Source: Haliotis rubra (Eukaryota). From it: 64,000 nucleotides of DNA. The position numbers and the translations under genes are program-made. The notes under the pieces are model-generated. The model had not been told where the DNA came from. It made no database searches and saw nothing but the letters and a program-made list of their open reading frames with translations. The stretch spans positions 62,001-126,000 of the forward strand of contig NW_025765792.1 in the NCBI RefSeq assembly GCF_003918875.1, read 5' to 3'. Below are positions 24,862-38,817 of the stretch, one piece after another. Position 1 is the first letter of the stretch. Every line of letters starts with the position of its first letter.

Positions 24862-25699
24862 AACGAATGAATGAATGAATGAATGAATGAATGAATGAAT
24901 GTAATAACTCCATATAATAAAATACCATGTCATTAAAACATTTTTTTTTTTTCACAAAGTCATCTATGTTTAGAAATAATTCAGCTAAATGCCATCATTC
25001 AATTGTTGTGTCATCAACGGCAATGAGTTATCATCTTGAACACAGTCAAAACCAACAAGATCTTTCACTTTACTCGTAAATTCTTAATTTCCGTTATTTA
25101 TTCACTCGTTCAGAGCATTGGTCATGAAGTTCGTGTACCGGACACTGGTCAGTTTCAGAGGTCAGCGTTCTTTACACCATAATCCATCCTCTAAAGTGCA
25201 CACTCCACCAATAAAATGACCTATTGTTGTCTGATAATCCTTCCGCGTTCTCTCATCCAGGTTTGGTCACTTTCAGAGGCAATCTTGTTTCGTCTGTGCC
25301 TCCGGGACCGTCTCAAAATCAATTTGCCAAATGCAAAAACGTTTTAGAGTATTTATACAAGACATCGTTTCGAAAAAGTAACATTCTTTATTGTGTTCAT
25401 CAATAGTCCCGCCCATGGCAATGGCAAGAAGTCCAGCAAGTCACTGAACCCAACCACCTGTTCATTTACTCGTCTCTTACGACAAGCATAGGATGTTTAG
25501 AACGACAGTTCAAAAACTAAATTGGGGCGATAGCAATATATTTCTTCCTGTGACTGCGCCTTACCATAATATTTTTTATAACCCCTTTAAGGTGTTTACT
25601 CATGCAGTTGTCAAAGACAAAGGTACTTCTTTAGCACTAGTCTCGAATAGGGTTTCCTTTGTTGTTGCACACAATGACACAAATACAGTCTCGTTTAAT

Positions 25700-26620
25700 G
25701 AGTTTGAGCAAATATTTTGATCTTATGTTGTTTCTTTTTGATGTCTCCTCTTCTTTAAGCTGATTAAGTACAAGGAGGATTTTTTTCATGACAAATATTT
25801 TGTTGTTGCTTCCTGAAAGAAGCAGCTATCAACATTTTTCCCCTTCACAGCTGACATTTTAAACTTTTAATGTACAAAATGAGGTTATGAGTTCTTGGAC
25901 GATTATAGAGATTTTGACATCGTAAAGATGTCAGTAGCATTTAGGAATGCTTCAATTATTATTCTATAAGCATTTGCTATGAATGACCTTATTGTCATAA
26001 ACAGCATAACGTATACTGAAACGTAATCTTTGCAATATGATAATGAACAGCACTTGAAAATACAAATAGAGAAAGTTTTTATGCGAACTAAAAAGAACGT
26101 GCAAGATTCGTTAATTGCGCAAGAAAAGATTACAAATCTATATTATTGTTCATATAACAATACCTTTGTCTTTTGAAATGGAAAGTGGCTGACATTTGTC
26201 TTCTACGAAATGTTCTAAAATTCTATTCATCAACAAAATGCAGGTTTTGCAAAATATTTACAAAAAATGGTTTTATTAAAAGGATAAATAGACTTTATAC
26301 ATGTAGCATTTGAAAGATGTATTTCAGAATTGAATTTTTGTAATTCTTACTTATATATAAATGACTGTGTACACAACGTGTGGTTGTAACGTTCCAAGAA
26401 GCAAAATATATATCGACTGTAAGAATAAATCAAAATACAATATATTCAACACTTTATTCAAGATTCATTTGGATAAATTATTTTATGAATATTAATCACT
26501 TATAACATGCAAATGCAGACTTGTTTAAACATTTGTGCATTCAATTTCTTATAATTAGACACTATCAACAGAACTATGTATGTTCCTATATATTAATTGC
26601 GTACTGAATAAAACCACTTA
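25700..26620 (+). mobile_element. Probable old LINE 3' remnant
   Basis: AT-rich decayed ORF-like sequence ending in a stem-loop and AATAAA; no intact motif. Confidence 0.35.
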
Positions 26621-27217
26621 AAATGTGGTTTGAATTAATCCTTTTTGTGATTTTTCAGCTCTGTCAACGGCAGAATAATGTTTTCTGGAACGTTTGTTCC
26701 GCTATTTGATTGGTTGTTCAACCGTTGTTTGCGTCGACGGCAGAAGAGCCAAAGAAGTATCGATCTTTATGTTATCTTTTACATGGTCTGGAATAATAAT
26801 TGCACAGACTGTTTGGGGTTTAATGAGTACCTGATCAATAGATAAACCTGAGTCTATTTCTATGTTGGGCTGTGTCGCACCTCTCATTTAACGTAAATCT
26901 GTGAACTCCTAGACCCCGCTTCTTGAACTTTGGTCATATTGCTCCCGTGGGCCTCAAAGCCAATAACACGTTGTCGGGATGGGTAAACACAGGTCCGCGG
27001 TGCCGCACGTCGAAACATTGGTTTTATGTAATGATTAATTAACTTCCTTTGTAAACACGTAACATTTTTTCATATTTTATTGATGGATCTTTTTACTCCA
27101 CAGGAAGCGTTTTAAGTAAAAATGATTCTGAACTCTAATGTTGTTTATTTTGTAAATACAGTGGTGTGTTCAATGCCAAAAAGATCAGATGGCGATGATG
27201 GTGGTGGTGGTGGGGAT

Positions 27218-27426
27218 NNNNNNNNNNNNNNNNNNNNNNNNNNNNNNNNNNNNNNNNNNNNNNNNNNNNNNNNNNNNNNNNNNNNNNNNNNNNNNNNNNN
27301 NNNNNNNNNNNNNNNNNNNNNNNNNNNNNNNNNNNNNNNNNNNNNNNNNNNNNNNNNNNNNNNNNNNNNNNNNNNNNNNNNNNNNNNNNNNNNNNNNNNN
27401 NNNNNNNNNNNNNNNNNNNNNNNNNN
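27218..27426. other. Assembly gap (209 N)
   Basis: Run of N next to a (GGT)n/(GAT)n microsatellite. Confidence 0.99.
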
Positions 27427-29159
27427 TGTAATCAAAACATTTCATCACACGTTCTAAATCAGTTGTTTAAGAAGTATCCGAATACCATTAATCTCTTTCC
27501 TTACTCTTTTCACAAACACATGGAATTTATTTTGAAAGATAATCTACTAATCTAATCAAATAGTTTAAATCATTACAACAATTCAAACTAGAATCTTGAA
27601 ATGTTGGGTGTATGATGGGGTATGAACACAAACTGAAATAGTTCCGTTTATTATCCCGAGTTTTTTAAAACACTTTCGTGGTTTCTGGACTAAAGAAAAA
27701 TTAAGATTCAGGAACTACATCCAAACCTAAATGCATAATCATCACTAAACTGTTCTTGATAATGATGAATGAGAAGCGCAAAACTGCTCTCCTTCTCTTC
27801 TACATTTATATAAAGTTTAAAATATCGTGAAAAATCATGTGTCTGTCTTTATTTATTGACCACTTATCCAAAAGTTTGTAAGACAAGAGGGGTGATTTCA
27901 ACTTCACAATAGGTAACTATTCCTGGACGTCGACCAGTTATTACAACAAAGCGTCAGATATCTTGTGAATGGTATATATTCAGGGTTATGTCCTGATCAG
28001 GATCCAGTTCCCAGTTTTGACGGTGTCTGTATCAGGAGCTATCTGGAGGACAGGACAGTATTACGCTAAGCTGTTCGCGAACGCTTGGTATTATCACCAT
28101 TTGATAGTAATTCATAAACAAATAATTGGACAATGAACTATCATATTCATATTCGTATACCATGTTGATTTTTGTATTTATACCTACTATAATTCTAGCT
28201 ATAACTACACAGGATTGAGTTCAGGATAGATTGCTATGGAGAATCAACAGGGAATGAAACCGTCTGGTTTAACAATTTGAAAGTTTTCTTATTTAAATTA
28301 TTTTACAATATGAACCATATGATACACACTGTACAAACTCCTTCCCATAAGGAAGCGTGGCATATACATTGCACCCAAAGACCTGCAAAGGATACCTTTG
28401 TTTGAATGATCAGATAGACAATGGGTTGATTGTCTTCCAGTAAGTCCCCACTCTACTGTGTTTGCTCGTAGTAGGATAAGCCTGAATCTGTTAGATTTAC
28501 GCGAGTGAATGCGGAAGGATCTACCTTACCTGGCGTATATTTACAATTGGTAAAAGCAACACGTCTAAACAATCACAGACCAGTCTTCTGTACCTTGTGC
28601 TCTTCTTATAGAACACTGTCTGTTATGGGCTCTGTGCAAGAGTCCACATTGGTGATAAAGCACAACGGTGGCCAAGAACAGCGAAGTATGCACTTAACAC
28701 CAGTTGTTAATGCTGAACTTTTCTTTGCCATCTGGTGTCCTTATTGGGCGGATCAGTGAAAAAATCACTTTACAAGTTCATAATATGTTTGCATCATATT
28801 TGTGCTTTCAGCTTGGTAGAAACCCACCTGCGTCACTGCATCACAAATTGTCGCTTTCACAATGAGACTTTGTGTATTTAGTACATTTGCACTCACCCTA
28901 TTTGGAAGTTATGATATAATCCTTTTACATGTTAACAACTAGTTGTGTCTCACCTCACCCCTTTTGTATGTATTTAGATGGTCTAAACAGTAACAAAACA
29001 TCCACTCAAAGAAACCGTTACTATTTCCAGTTCCGCTTCCTGATGGTTCATGCACCGCCATTGTAACATTAGGGGTTCCCTTCTCTGAAAATATTTGGAA
29101 TCGTTCGTTCGTCTGGAAAGAAGAAAAAGTAACTCTTTCCATAATGACGTCTCATGGTC

Positions 29160-29512
29160 CACTCTTTTTCTTTCTCTTCTTTTTCTCTCTCTTTCTTTGC
29201 ATTCTCTTTGTCTTGCTTTCAATCACTCTCGCATTCTTTTTCTTTTGATCCATCCCTAGTGGAGATCAAGTGACTCTCTTTTGTCGTTATATCAGGAAGT
29301 CTAATTCTCTCGCTTTCTTTTAAATTATTATGTCTTTTTCACTTCTCTTACGCCTTTCTCTCTCTCTTTCTCTCTCTCTCTTTCTCTCTATCTCACTCTC
29401 TCTCTCTTAATCTCAATGTTTTTCGCTCCCTCTCTTTCTTCCCCTCTCTTCTGCAGAATCTACAACTATCCGGTCTTTTGTACCCCTCTCTCTCTTAACC
29501 CCTCTCACTCAT
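29160..29512. repeat. Polypyrimidine (CT-rich) tract
   Basis: C/T-biased; shares motifs with the 19184-19670 tract. Confidence 0.85.
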
Positions 29513-30267
29513 CATTTATGATTACAAACCCCCAGCGTATTCTTCTTCTTTCAAAACAACCTCTCTAAACGACGTAGTAGCATCATATCCCGTGAGTTCA
29601 CACTATTCAGGTGAAATAGAAACACCACATCAACAACGTCTGACCAGCTGTATTTACACCTGGCTCTTGACATAATCTCTTCCGTGCCGTATTATGCCAG
29701 ATCAATTTTAACACATTTATTGCGACTCCGACACTTGCCCTATAAGCCAGCAATGTCCCAATGTATTGTGTGTAACCGAGATTTGATGTTGACTGTTACC
29801 TACAGATCAAAACATTTAGAATTACGTCATGGGCAAAATGGGTGTTTTTGATTCAAGAATAGATGTGCTTTTGAAATTTATTTTTAAAATGTTGATTTCT
29901 GATCTCAGCCTTGACATTGTGTTACGTTACAAATACCGACAATGTGTAAAGTTAGAAATAAGGCTGTAAAAGCTGCTTTGATGCTTTTTCAGGAAAATGC
30001 CCGATGTGTGTTGTGTGAACCATCCTTTGTGTACGTCAGACGATGAAGAAAATTCTTCTATAGTATACTTTAAAAAAACATTCTTGTGAAAACGTCATCA
30101 TTAATCAATATGTTTAATACCTGAAGACATGTGCAAATGTCAACAATCAAAATACCCAACAAGACAAGCGTGTATGTGAAAACGAGACACAAACCAGGTG
30201 AATTAACAGCCAATTAAGATACCCCGATTTTGGGAATCACAGTGAAGAGTCACGGGTCGAGGGAGCA

Positions 30268-30442
30268 GTGAGTGAGTTTATCTTTACGCCTCACTCAGCA
30301 ATATTCCAGCTTTATGGACCAGACAATCCAGTGATCAACAGCATGAGCATCGATCTACGCAATTGGGATACGATGAAACATGTGTCAACCAAGTCAGTGA
30401 CCCTGACCATCCGATCCCATTAGTCGCCTCTTACGACAAGCA
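30268..30442 (-). mobile_element. Family B, 5'-truncated
   Basis: Match through TTAGTCGCCTCTTACGACAAGCA. Confidence 0.9.
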
Positions 30443-31813
30443 TTGCCCGATTTAGCACTAAGCTCAGTTGGGCAGAACATGATAACCCTTTCCCGAACAC
30501 CTGGTGTCATTTAATTTTCATAGTTAATTTACCATTTACACCCAATGGAATCAGTGGACGTTTCGGCGGATAATCAAGACGGCTTTTTGAAGGTATATAT
30601 TACATGAAAGTAAACCTGAATAAGAATATGTGTTCATGTTAAGATCGGATATGTTTAATGTCTAACTCCATGTACTATGGAAGCAATAATCCTTTGTCAT
30701 CCTTCGGATCATTTGCTCAATTCCAAAGTGAGCCCTTAATTCCTTGTGTTAACATCAGCTTTAGCCTATAGCACTAAGTGGCAGAGATAAGCCTGAATCA
30801 GGAAGTCACTTACACTCTTTGTCCCTGGCTTACTGTGTGGACAAACGGACATTCGTTTGACCCATGGGGAAAAGACTTGCACGAAAAAGTCAGGAAAGCT
30901 GTTAATGGGTACATAAGTTTATACATACTCGTAAGACACAGTTAAACAGTGTCGTAAAACCTGAATTAACACACGTTGCTAATCCGCTTATACGAAGAGC
31001 ATTCAAAATACCAAAGGTTTTACCCCCAAATACGTTTTCTATTCTAAACCTCAAATTAGCGCTAGCGTTAGCCTGGATTTTACTTTGAGCTTAAGATCCA
31101 AAGGACCCTAATTAACTTTTTCAAACATTGACAGAGAAGTAGAATATGGAATATGGGATCTAAACCCGGACTACGGGCTCACGGCTGTTGAACATGAGAT
31201 ACCAACAATCAAAGGGTCGGATATGTTATAGTTACAGCAAAGCTTCTCAATCCCAATGGGTCAACCACAAAATGATCCCGTTATCTATAATTGGAAGGAA
31301 AACGAACATGATGGTGTTTTTCAGATTTGAACATGGCAAACTCAAATTTTAAGACTTGGGATTTAGATTCTGGTGTAGGTAATATTTGTTCCGTGACAGC
31401 ATGCATACTTCCGGCTTATGCATGTAATGTTTATATGCATTAATGACGAGTGTTGGATTCCGATTCAGGACCATCTTGGAAAACCGATCTTGGCATTTTC
31501 TCAAATTAGGATTTCTTTAAACAACCAAGCTTATTTTTTTAGCAACGACTGCTGCAACTGCATATTCTTTATAATTATTATATTGGTGCGTGTTAGTGAT
31601 TGCGGAAAACGATAAAATTATTAGGGTTTGATATTTCAAATTTACTGACGTTCAGATTTATGTAACATAAATTTTTGTAACATAAATTGACATTGACTAC
31701 ACTGTGTTTAATTACAAATTAAAACAGTAGTTTTGGTGTAATGACATCTTGTATATCTTGGCGCGTTTTATCAGAACGTACTTCCGTATTTAAAAATGCC
31801 ACATTTTCCGGCG

Positions 31814-31950
31814 GAGTGAGTGAGGGAGTATATTATTACGCCGGGGGACATCAGATATGGGCTTCACACATTGTACCCATATCGGGAATTTGAACCCGGG
31901 TCTTCAACGGGATGAGCGAACGCTTTAACCACTCGGTTACCCCGGAACCC
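31814..31950 (-). mobile_element. SINE family A, degenerate
   Basis: Match to consensus; TSD TTTTCCGG. Confidence 0.85.
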
Positions 31951-33544
31951 TTTTCCGGTGGAAATGTGGAATTATAACCTGGGATAACTTTACAAAATAA
32001 TGCCGGACGTTGTCAGGGGCTACATCGTTCAGATGAGTTCAGAATTCCAGATTCAAATGGATTCTGATCATTGGTCAGTCAGCACGGTATGCTTGCCCGC
32101 TGTTGACATCAATTTGTCCCACGGTGAACCTCTGTAAGCGCTTCATCCCCATCTTCTCCGCCCCACCCCCTTTTCACGCGTCTTGGTGTAACATGAACTC
32201 TTTTCAGTCTGTCGTTAGATACAACTCACTCACTCTAAGAATGATCTTGGACATACATCTTTACAAGTTGGCACTACACGAAAGTCTTGTGCTCTCACAT
32301 GAACTTGGGAATCTATTCTTCAATTCTCTTGACGTAACAAACAGCGCCATCTACCGATCGCAGACAAAAAGATTAAATGTGTGGTCCCGAGTCTTATGCA
32401 TGATCCTCTTAGCCGGGGTTGCATAATCGTTCACACTCGGAGGTGTCCACGGTAAACCCGGCACTAACATCCTGTGCACTTTTTATGAAGTTTATTCATC
32501 AGAGCTGTGACATCATGTTAGATATAAGGTGCTCTATTTAGACTATTTTTTTCCTTTTTGTAATTGTTCGTTTTTCAAATAAAGATTTCAGTCTTACGTA
32601 AGAATGGATACTTGGAATATTTATCTTCTAAAGTGAAACTATGGTCCAAGGTCTGGTGTGCTTTGTCTGCTTGGATCTTGACACTGTGAGTAACACTGCG
32701 TGAAAATCTCGACACCATTAAGTGCAAAATGCGAACCCAGTGCAAATTCAACAATAATACAAAGGAACTGTTTTTGAGAAATCTGAGTCAAATTTGATGG
32801 GATTTAACCGAACTTCAGCATACTTTGTGTGAAACAATGCAAACATTATAAGTAACAATCAAACATCAATTTGATTCTTTTGAATTCCTTATAGAAAGAA
32901 AAAGAAAAAATTAACTATTACAACTAAAAGTAATTGGTTGCCATGCATGAATTTCCAAGTTAAAACACACCCAAATTTTCATTTCCGCCATCCAAACATA
33001 GCATGGTGTCAGAATAAACTACTATTAACTGGTGAAAATATTTAAAAAATAATTGTAAAAGGCGGAGGAATTAGTTCGCAGGGAGGTTTGGAGAAGATAC
33101 ACCCGAAAATGTAAGCGCCATGCAAATATCAGATTCAAGCAACGTGTAAATGAAATTTGATAGAGGTCAATGTCTGTTTATAATGAACCAATACCCATGT
33201 TTCACGATCAGTGCCATTCATTACATAACACGTAGTGCAAGCGGAACCGTGCCATGCCAACATAGCATATAATTCCGAGGACATTTTTTCAGTTCCACGC
33301 GGCAACCTCCCACTCAGCTGCTAGACCCCCACATCCTCATCCCATGGGTCCGTTTGTAATCCACGGTTCCCTGCCATCGTCAGATGCAACCTTGGCATAC
33401 CGCGTCTCAGGCAGTGTGTCCTATAGCACACCCAGGGGAAATACCTTTCGTGTATTTCCTTCAGAGAGGCGTTACCTGGTCACTAGGAACTCCAAGGGGT
33501 CAGATGTAGTGTTTAGTCGTTGACGATGCTTGTTTTGTTTTAAT

Positions 33545-33910
33545 CACATTTTATTCATGGGAAAAGGATTTGGTACAAGTTATACAACTTAGAACACCCT
33601 CTCCGTAGTATTTACATAAATATTATTTACATTCATTATACAAGATGGACAGAAAACCCAGAAAGATGGGAAACAGTGGAACAATTGCAATAATTAAAAG
33701 AATCTTTTTGATTGACAAATATATGTTTGAACAATTTAAAATATATTTTGATTTATGCGAACAGTCAGATCTGCATTGCTATGTAATAGTAACTCATAAT
33801 TTAATTTATAATCATATTCGTAACACTGCGTAAATTAGACATCATGGCAGTTCTCTGTACAGTATATAATTGACACTCAAATAGGTAATGGTGCGAATTT
33901 TCACAAAACA
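33545..33910 (-). mobile_element. CR1-group LINE 3' fragment
   Basis: Minus strand ENSHHYLFECQLYTVQRTAMMSNL; 3' GGAGAGGGTGTTCTAAGTTGTATAACTTGTACCAAATCC stem-loop and AATAAA. Confidence 0.82.
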
Positions 33911-35318
33911 TTTCCACAAGAAGGTTGCTCGTTGCTTCATGTACGGATATCCTTCAAAATGAAATAATGTATCTTTTAGGTTCTTTTCCAAACTTCATAT
34001 TGACAAATCAGAAGCAGTTGTCTCCCTCGGTATCCTGCCAGCCGTTTTGACCTTGCTTTCACCATTGAAAGAAATGCTTAATTACATGACCTATTTCCAA
34101 GGATTCCCTTGATAATATCATCGGCGTCCATATGGAAGAAAAAACCCAATGTAGTTGTTTTAATGTTTTTATATTTGTCAAGAGCTCTTAACAATGTCAG
34201 CATAACAATTTGAAAAGATTCGCTTTTCCGCCTGATGGAGGAAACAGTCATTCCCTTGTTTAGAGATCGCACAACTGTCTCTAAAAACACATCCTGCAAA
34301 TTAACCAAAGTGTAATTGCACTTGATCAATTGTGTCTGTTGCAAAGATGTGATGTGGAAGTCGGAGAAATGTTTATTTGAACGACGTTGAAATAAAAACG
34401 TATCTACCAAGAAGTGGCAGACAATGTGTACATATGTTATATAAAACATCGTAATCTTCATGACCTCAAAGGTTGACAATAGGCACATCCCATTCACTCA
34501 CGGGAAAAAGAAGAGGAAATGTCAGACAAAAGTTGAAAAGAAATTCTTGAAGACAAAACCTTGTATTTGGGAAACGGGCGAACATGTTATGATCACCGAG
34601 ACATCAACTTTCCAACGTCATTCGAAATATTTGGAAAATGTCCATGTCTTGTTTTTTTTGGTGTAATGCATATGGCAAATGCCGGGTATATACCTGTATG
34701 TTCACCCACTGAACTTAAGGTGACAGAGTCTTTGCTGTGGTCATATGAAATTCACATTTCAATTAAAAGGCTTGTCAAATGCCAAACATTTTCAATAAAT
34801 ATAAACACCAAATCTCTATCCATAATCATAACGGGCATCTGATAAAGGCAGATATCATTGCAGGACTATATCATAAGCAGGTATGAAAGTTTATACATAA
34901 CAACATCTTTATTATAGTATGACATTTAAGAAGTTGTTATCTATAAAGTATCATACCTTTCTTATTAGTCTTCATCTTCTAAAATGCAATCAATCAGATA
35001 TACCATAAGCATAAGCATTGGCACTTGAACCACTGTGAGATACTTAGCAGGGGTTCGCGAAGAAGCGAGCGTAACCTACAGAACTGAAGGCACCTATGAC
35101 AAATACATTTAAGGCAAGTGTTCACACTGAACAAACACGGCAAAAATTCCGATATTCAAGGCGGTACCATTTTCAGTGGACACGCAGAAGAATATATGTA
35201 ATCCGTCCGTTTTAACGAAGTTGGCATGCTGATATGCATCTATACATGTTCAGTAGGCAGGATATAAGGGGTATCACTTTGTATGACACTGACGTTGTCA
35301 GTGACGTCTATTAACTAC

Positions 35319-35483
35319 GGGGGCGATAGGGTGGTCTAAAAGTTCAAGCGTCCGCTCGTCGAGCTGAAGACCCGGGTTCGATTCCCCACATGGGTACAAT
35401 GTGTGAAACCCATTTTCTGGTGTCCCCCGCCGTGATATTGATGGACTGTTGCTAAAAGCAGCGTAAAACAGTACTCACTCACT
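35319..35483 (+). mobile_element. SINE family A
   Basis: Match to consensus. Confidence 0.9.
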
Positions 35484-35739
35484 ATTAAATCCGAAAGTAT
35501 ATTTGAATTAAACACAAAGGTACAATTATTGTCACATGTTGAATATTGAATTTTGTTAGTCACGTTCATCAAGCATAAAACCCCCTAAATTCTACATATT
35601 GAAAGGGATTGATAAACATTACCTTTCTATATCATTGTGTTAGATAGATAGTATGAAGATAACTGAGGTTACCTTGAATAAATTAATATGCTTATAAGAC
35701 GAATGTGTTATACTTAGCAAACACATGCCACTATTTTCT

Positions 35740-36044
35740 ATGATTTATGGACAGGCGTATGTCATAGCAAAGGCATGTCATTAGTTGAAGATGAATACCA
35801 CCTATTGATGGTTTGTCAACGCTATAAAGATGCAAGAATTGAATGTTTCCACCATACCATTATTAAAAACCCGGATAGGGAAAGTTTTGCAAGACTTATG
35901 TCATGTAAGGATGAAAATGTTTTGATAAGTATTGCTAAGTTTCTGATGAAGGCTCGTAAAATTAGAAAATGTCAGACACTTTACAAAGCAAAATTGTATG
36001 ATTGTTACAACATACTGTCACTTTATGACACTTGTGCAAATTGA
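35740..36044 (+). mobile_element. LINE ORF2 C-terminal fragment (CR1/L2 group)
   Basis: VEDEYHLLMVCQRYKDARIEC...FARLMSCKDENVLISIAKFLMKARKIR is the typical post-RT C-terminal motif. Confidence 0.85.
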
Positions 36045-36127
36045 AAGATATATTTCCTTAGATATATTCTACAGTATTATAAACATGTTTTAAGCTAGTC
36101 CAGATATAATAGCTTCCAACCTCCAAC

Positions 36128-36297
36128 GGGGCGGTGGGGTAGCCTAATGGTTAAAGCGTTGGCTCGTCACGCCGAAGACCCGGGTTCGATTCCCCACATG
36201 GGCACAAGGTGTTAAGCCCATTTCTGGTGTCCCCCGCCGTGATATTGCTGGAATATTGCTAAAAGCGGCGTAAAACTAAACTCAGTCAGTCAGTCAG
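36128..36297 (+). mobile_element. SINE family A, (AGTC)n tail
   Basis: Full length; 13-bp TSD TCCAACCTCCAAC. Confidence 0.95.
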
Positions 36298-36319
36298 TCC
36301 AACCTCCAACTGTAACAGG

Positions 36320-36696
36320 GAGGCATAATACACTGTACTGTAATAGACTCTGTTTATATTGCTATACCAGTAGTTGAAGAGGAATACCATTTATTTGTCA
36401 ATGTTTAAAAGATGCATAAGATAGAATGTTTTCCACCATACCTATATATTGGTAACACGTGTAAGGATAATTTTGTTAGACTTTTGTCATCTAAGGATGA
36501 TGTTTTGATAAGTATTGCTACTTTTTCTTTAGAAGGGTATATTATGCCTGTACATTGTGCAAAAATGGTTTCATAGCTTTCAAAGGCAATAATGTATGAT
36601 TATTACTGGTTTTACCAGCATCAAATAAAATGTAAAATTATTCTGTAATGTGGGCCATGGCCTTATATACTGAAATAAAACTGTCTGTCTGTCTGT
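36320..36696 (+). mobile_element. Second, more decayed copy of the same LINE 3' end with (TCTG)n tail
   Basis: GTTGAAGAGGAATACCAT...GTTTTGATAAGTATTGCTA parallels 35784-35938; ends GGGCCATGGCC..AATAAA..(TCTG)n. Confidence 0.8.
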
Positions 36697-37498
36697 CAGT
36701 ATGTATGCTGTGTAAACATTCTCGTTAAGTTCTTGTAGAAATCCTGTTTATACCTTAGTGCAACTTGTATGGAATCAGCTTTATTTGATACTCAAGTGTG
36801 AACTAAATATTATGTAACAAAAAACATATCACCCAGACATGTGACATTGGTCAAATCAGAACCACGGAGTTATGGCATTAAAAATATACATGCTAAATAT
36901 CCCATGGTCGTGTGATATTGATTCATAAATACACGTTAACTGTGTTTGTCTATGTTGAACATAGGTAACGTATATCTATGAGATAAATTACAAATGAAGA
37001 TGGACTTTTTGTCATAATCATAGGAAAAACAAAATCCACTGCAATGTTTTTACATCAACATCACGTCATCGGACGCAACAGCACCGACATTCGATTCTTG
37101 AGGCATGCAATGTTTGTTTTTGAAGGCGTTTTAACGACTATGCAAAGAATTTTCGATAATCCTTAAAACCAACATTAAACGTCCAAAAATACTTTGATGC
37201 AGCAGTTAATAAGGCTGCAACGTTTCTTCCATAACAGAGTTAGGTGTGTTTGTCGTTCTTCACAACTTCATGACGTCAAATGGTTCTGTGGTAATTAAGG
37301 AGGTAAACACCGGGATTATTAGGCATATTTCAGCCCCGCATCCACACACTGACAGACATTAACATGCATTATAAAGGATTGATTGTGTATTTAAAGGGTT
37401 TATCCTGCACGTATTTATATGAAGGGATCGTTTTACGCTGATTGAAATGCATTTGTTGAATGTAGCAGAACCAGCCTAGGAGAGGGATGCCAGATGTG

Positions 37499-37750
37499 TT
37501 TCTTTTTTGAGTTACCTTCTTTTCCTTCTGATTATAAAGTTTAACGGAACATGTTGTTTCCTTGCTTATAAGTTAAAGTTAAGAGAAAGGATTATTATTT
37601 GTAGAAAAGACACAAGGATGCATAAAGTCTTTCTTTTTTTAATTACCTTCTTTTCCTTCTGATTATAAACGGAACATGTTGGTTCCTTGTTTATAAGTTA
37701 AAGTTAAGGAAAAAATTATTATTTGTAGAAATGACACAAGGATGCATAAA
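37499..37750. repeat. Tandem duplication, ~125-bp unit x2
   Basis: TTACCTTCTTTTCCTTCTGATTATAAA...GACACAAGGATGCATAAA repeated. Confidence 0.9.
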
Positions 37751-37944
37751 TTATACAGTGGAGTTATTTTGCATATGGTGAAAAAGGTTGGAAACGCATA
37801 ATCAACTTTAACAAATCATGAAAAATGTGTATTTGTGCGCAGTGCTATCTTCAAACACGGAATAGGATTTAAACTCACACGACGACATTGCGATATTTGA
37901 TTATATGATACCAAAGTACCAAAAGCCAAATGATTTAGTAGTTT

Positions 37945-38280
37945 AAACAAATTCTATTCACAAAGAGAAAAGGATTGGGGACAAGTTCTTATAACTTATA
38001 AAAACCCTCTCCAAGAATTTACAATAACAAATTTTAGCGCTAGCAATCATTAGAAACAGACACAGAGGAAGATTGACAGTTAAGGGGAAATATTATAATA
38101 CAAAAGGTACGCACATAGAAAGCTACTGGATTCGTAATGTATTCTGCATTTTTCCAGATTTTACAGAAATTAGAATATGTCTCAGTATATATTAACAAAA
38201 TTTCATTATACACTCGAAACACTTTTTTTTACCTTTGACAATACGCCAAAGAAATTTGTTCAAGGTCGACTTAATATTTG
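37945..38280 (-). mobile_element. CR1-group LINE 3' fragment
   Basis: Same GGAGAGGG..AAGTT..AACTTGT..CCAATCC 3' stem-loop as at 33560. Confidence 0.75.
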
Positions 38281-38817
38281 CGTGAAATTGTATGCGAAAA
38301 AGTAAAGGACAAGTCGCTGTATCCTTGTTTTACAGTGGTCCATTAACATGTTGTGATCATTGACAACATGATGAGGAAAGTGTTTTCCTGATGACTAGCC
38401 AACAGTACAATACCCTATGGTCACTTGACCCCGAGGGATCACGTTGGGTCAATATTGACCAATAACTGACACTGACCGCAAGCCCAACAAGGAACTATTG
38501 CTGAATTCATCACCTACCATAATAAGCGGATTCGTGACATTAATTATTCAAGGTCATACCAGAAATCAATTCTCTATTAGATGGCTAAAATTGACGGAAT
38601 AACGTTGAAATATGAAAACAAGCAAATATTCGTGTTTACATGAAATGGGTAAGAATATTTCTATATTCACAAAAATACTTCAACTGTAACTGTTTCACTT
38701 CTAAAATAACTGCGGATAATCGAGACTGGCCATTCTCTGGCGCTAGTATTCAATTACCTATTGATACATCCATATACGTTTATTGAAATAACGTATTGTT
38801 TACGTCAAATTGCTCGC

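Noticed and set aside
27122-27457. ORFs containing poly-X
   Set aside because: They span the assembly gap
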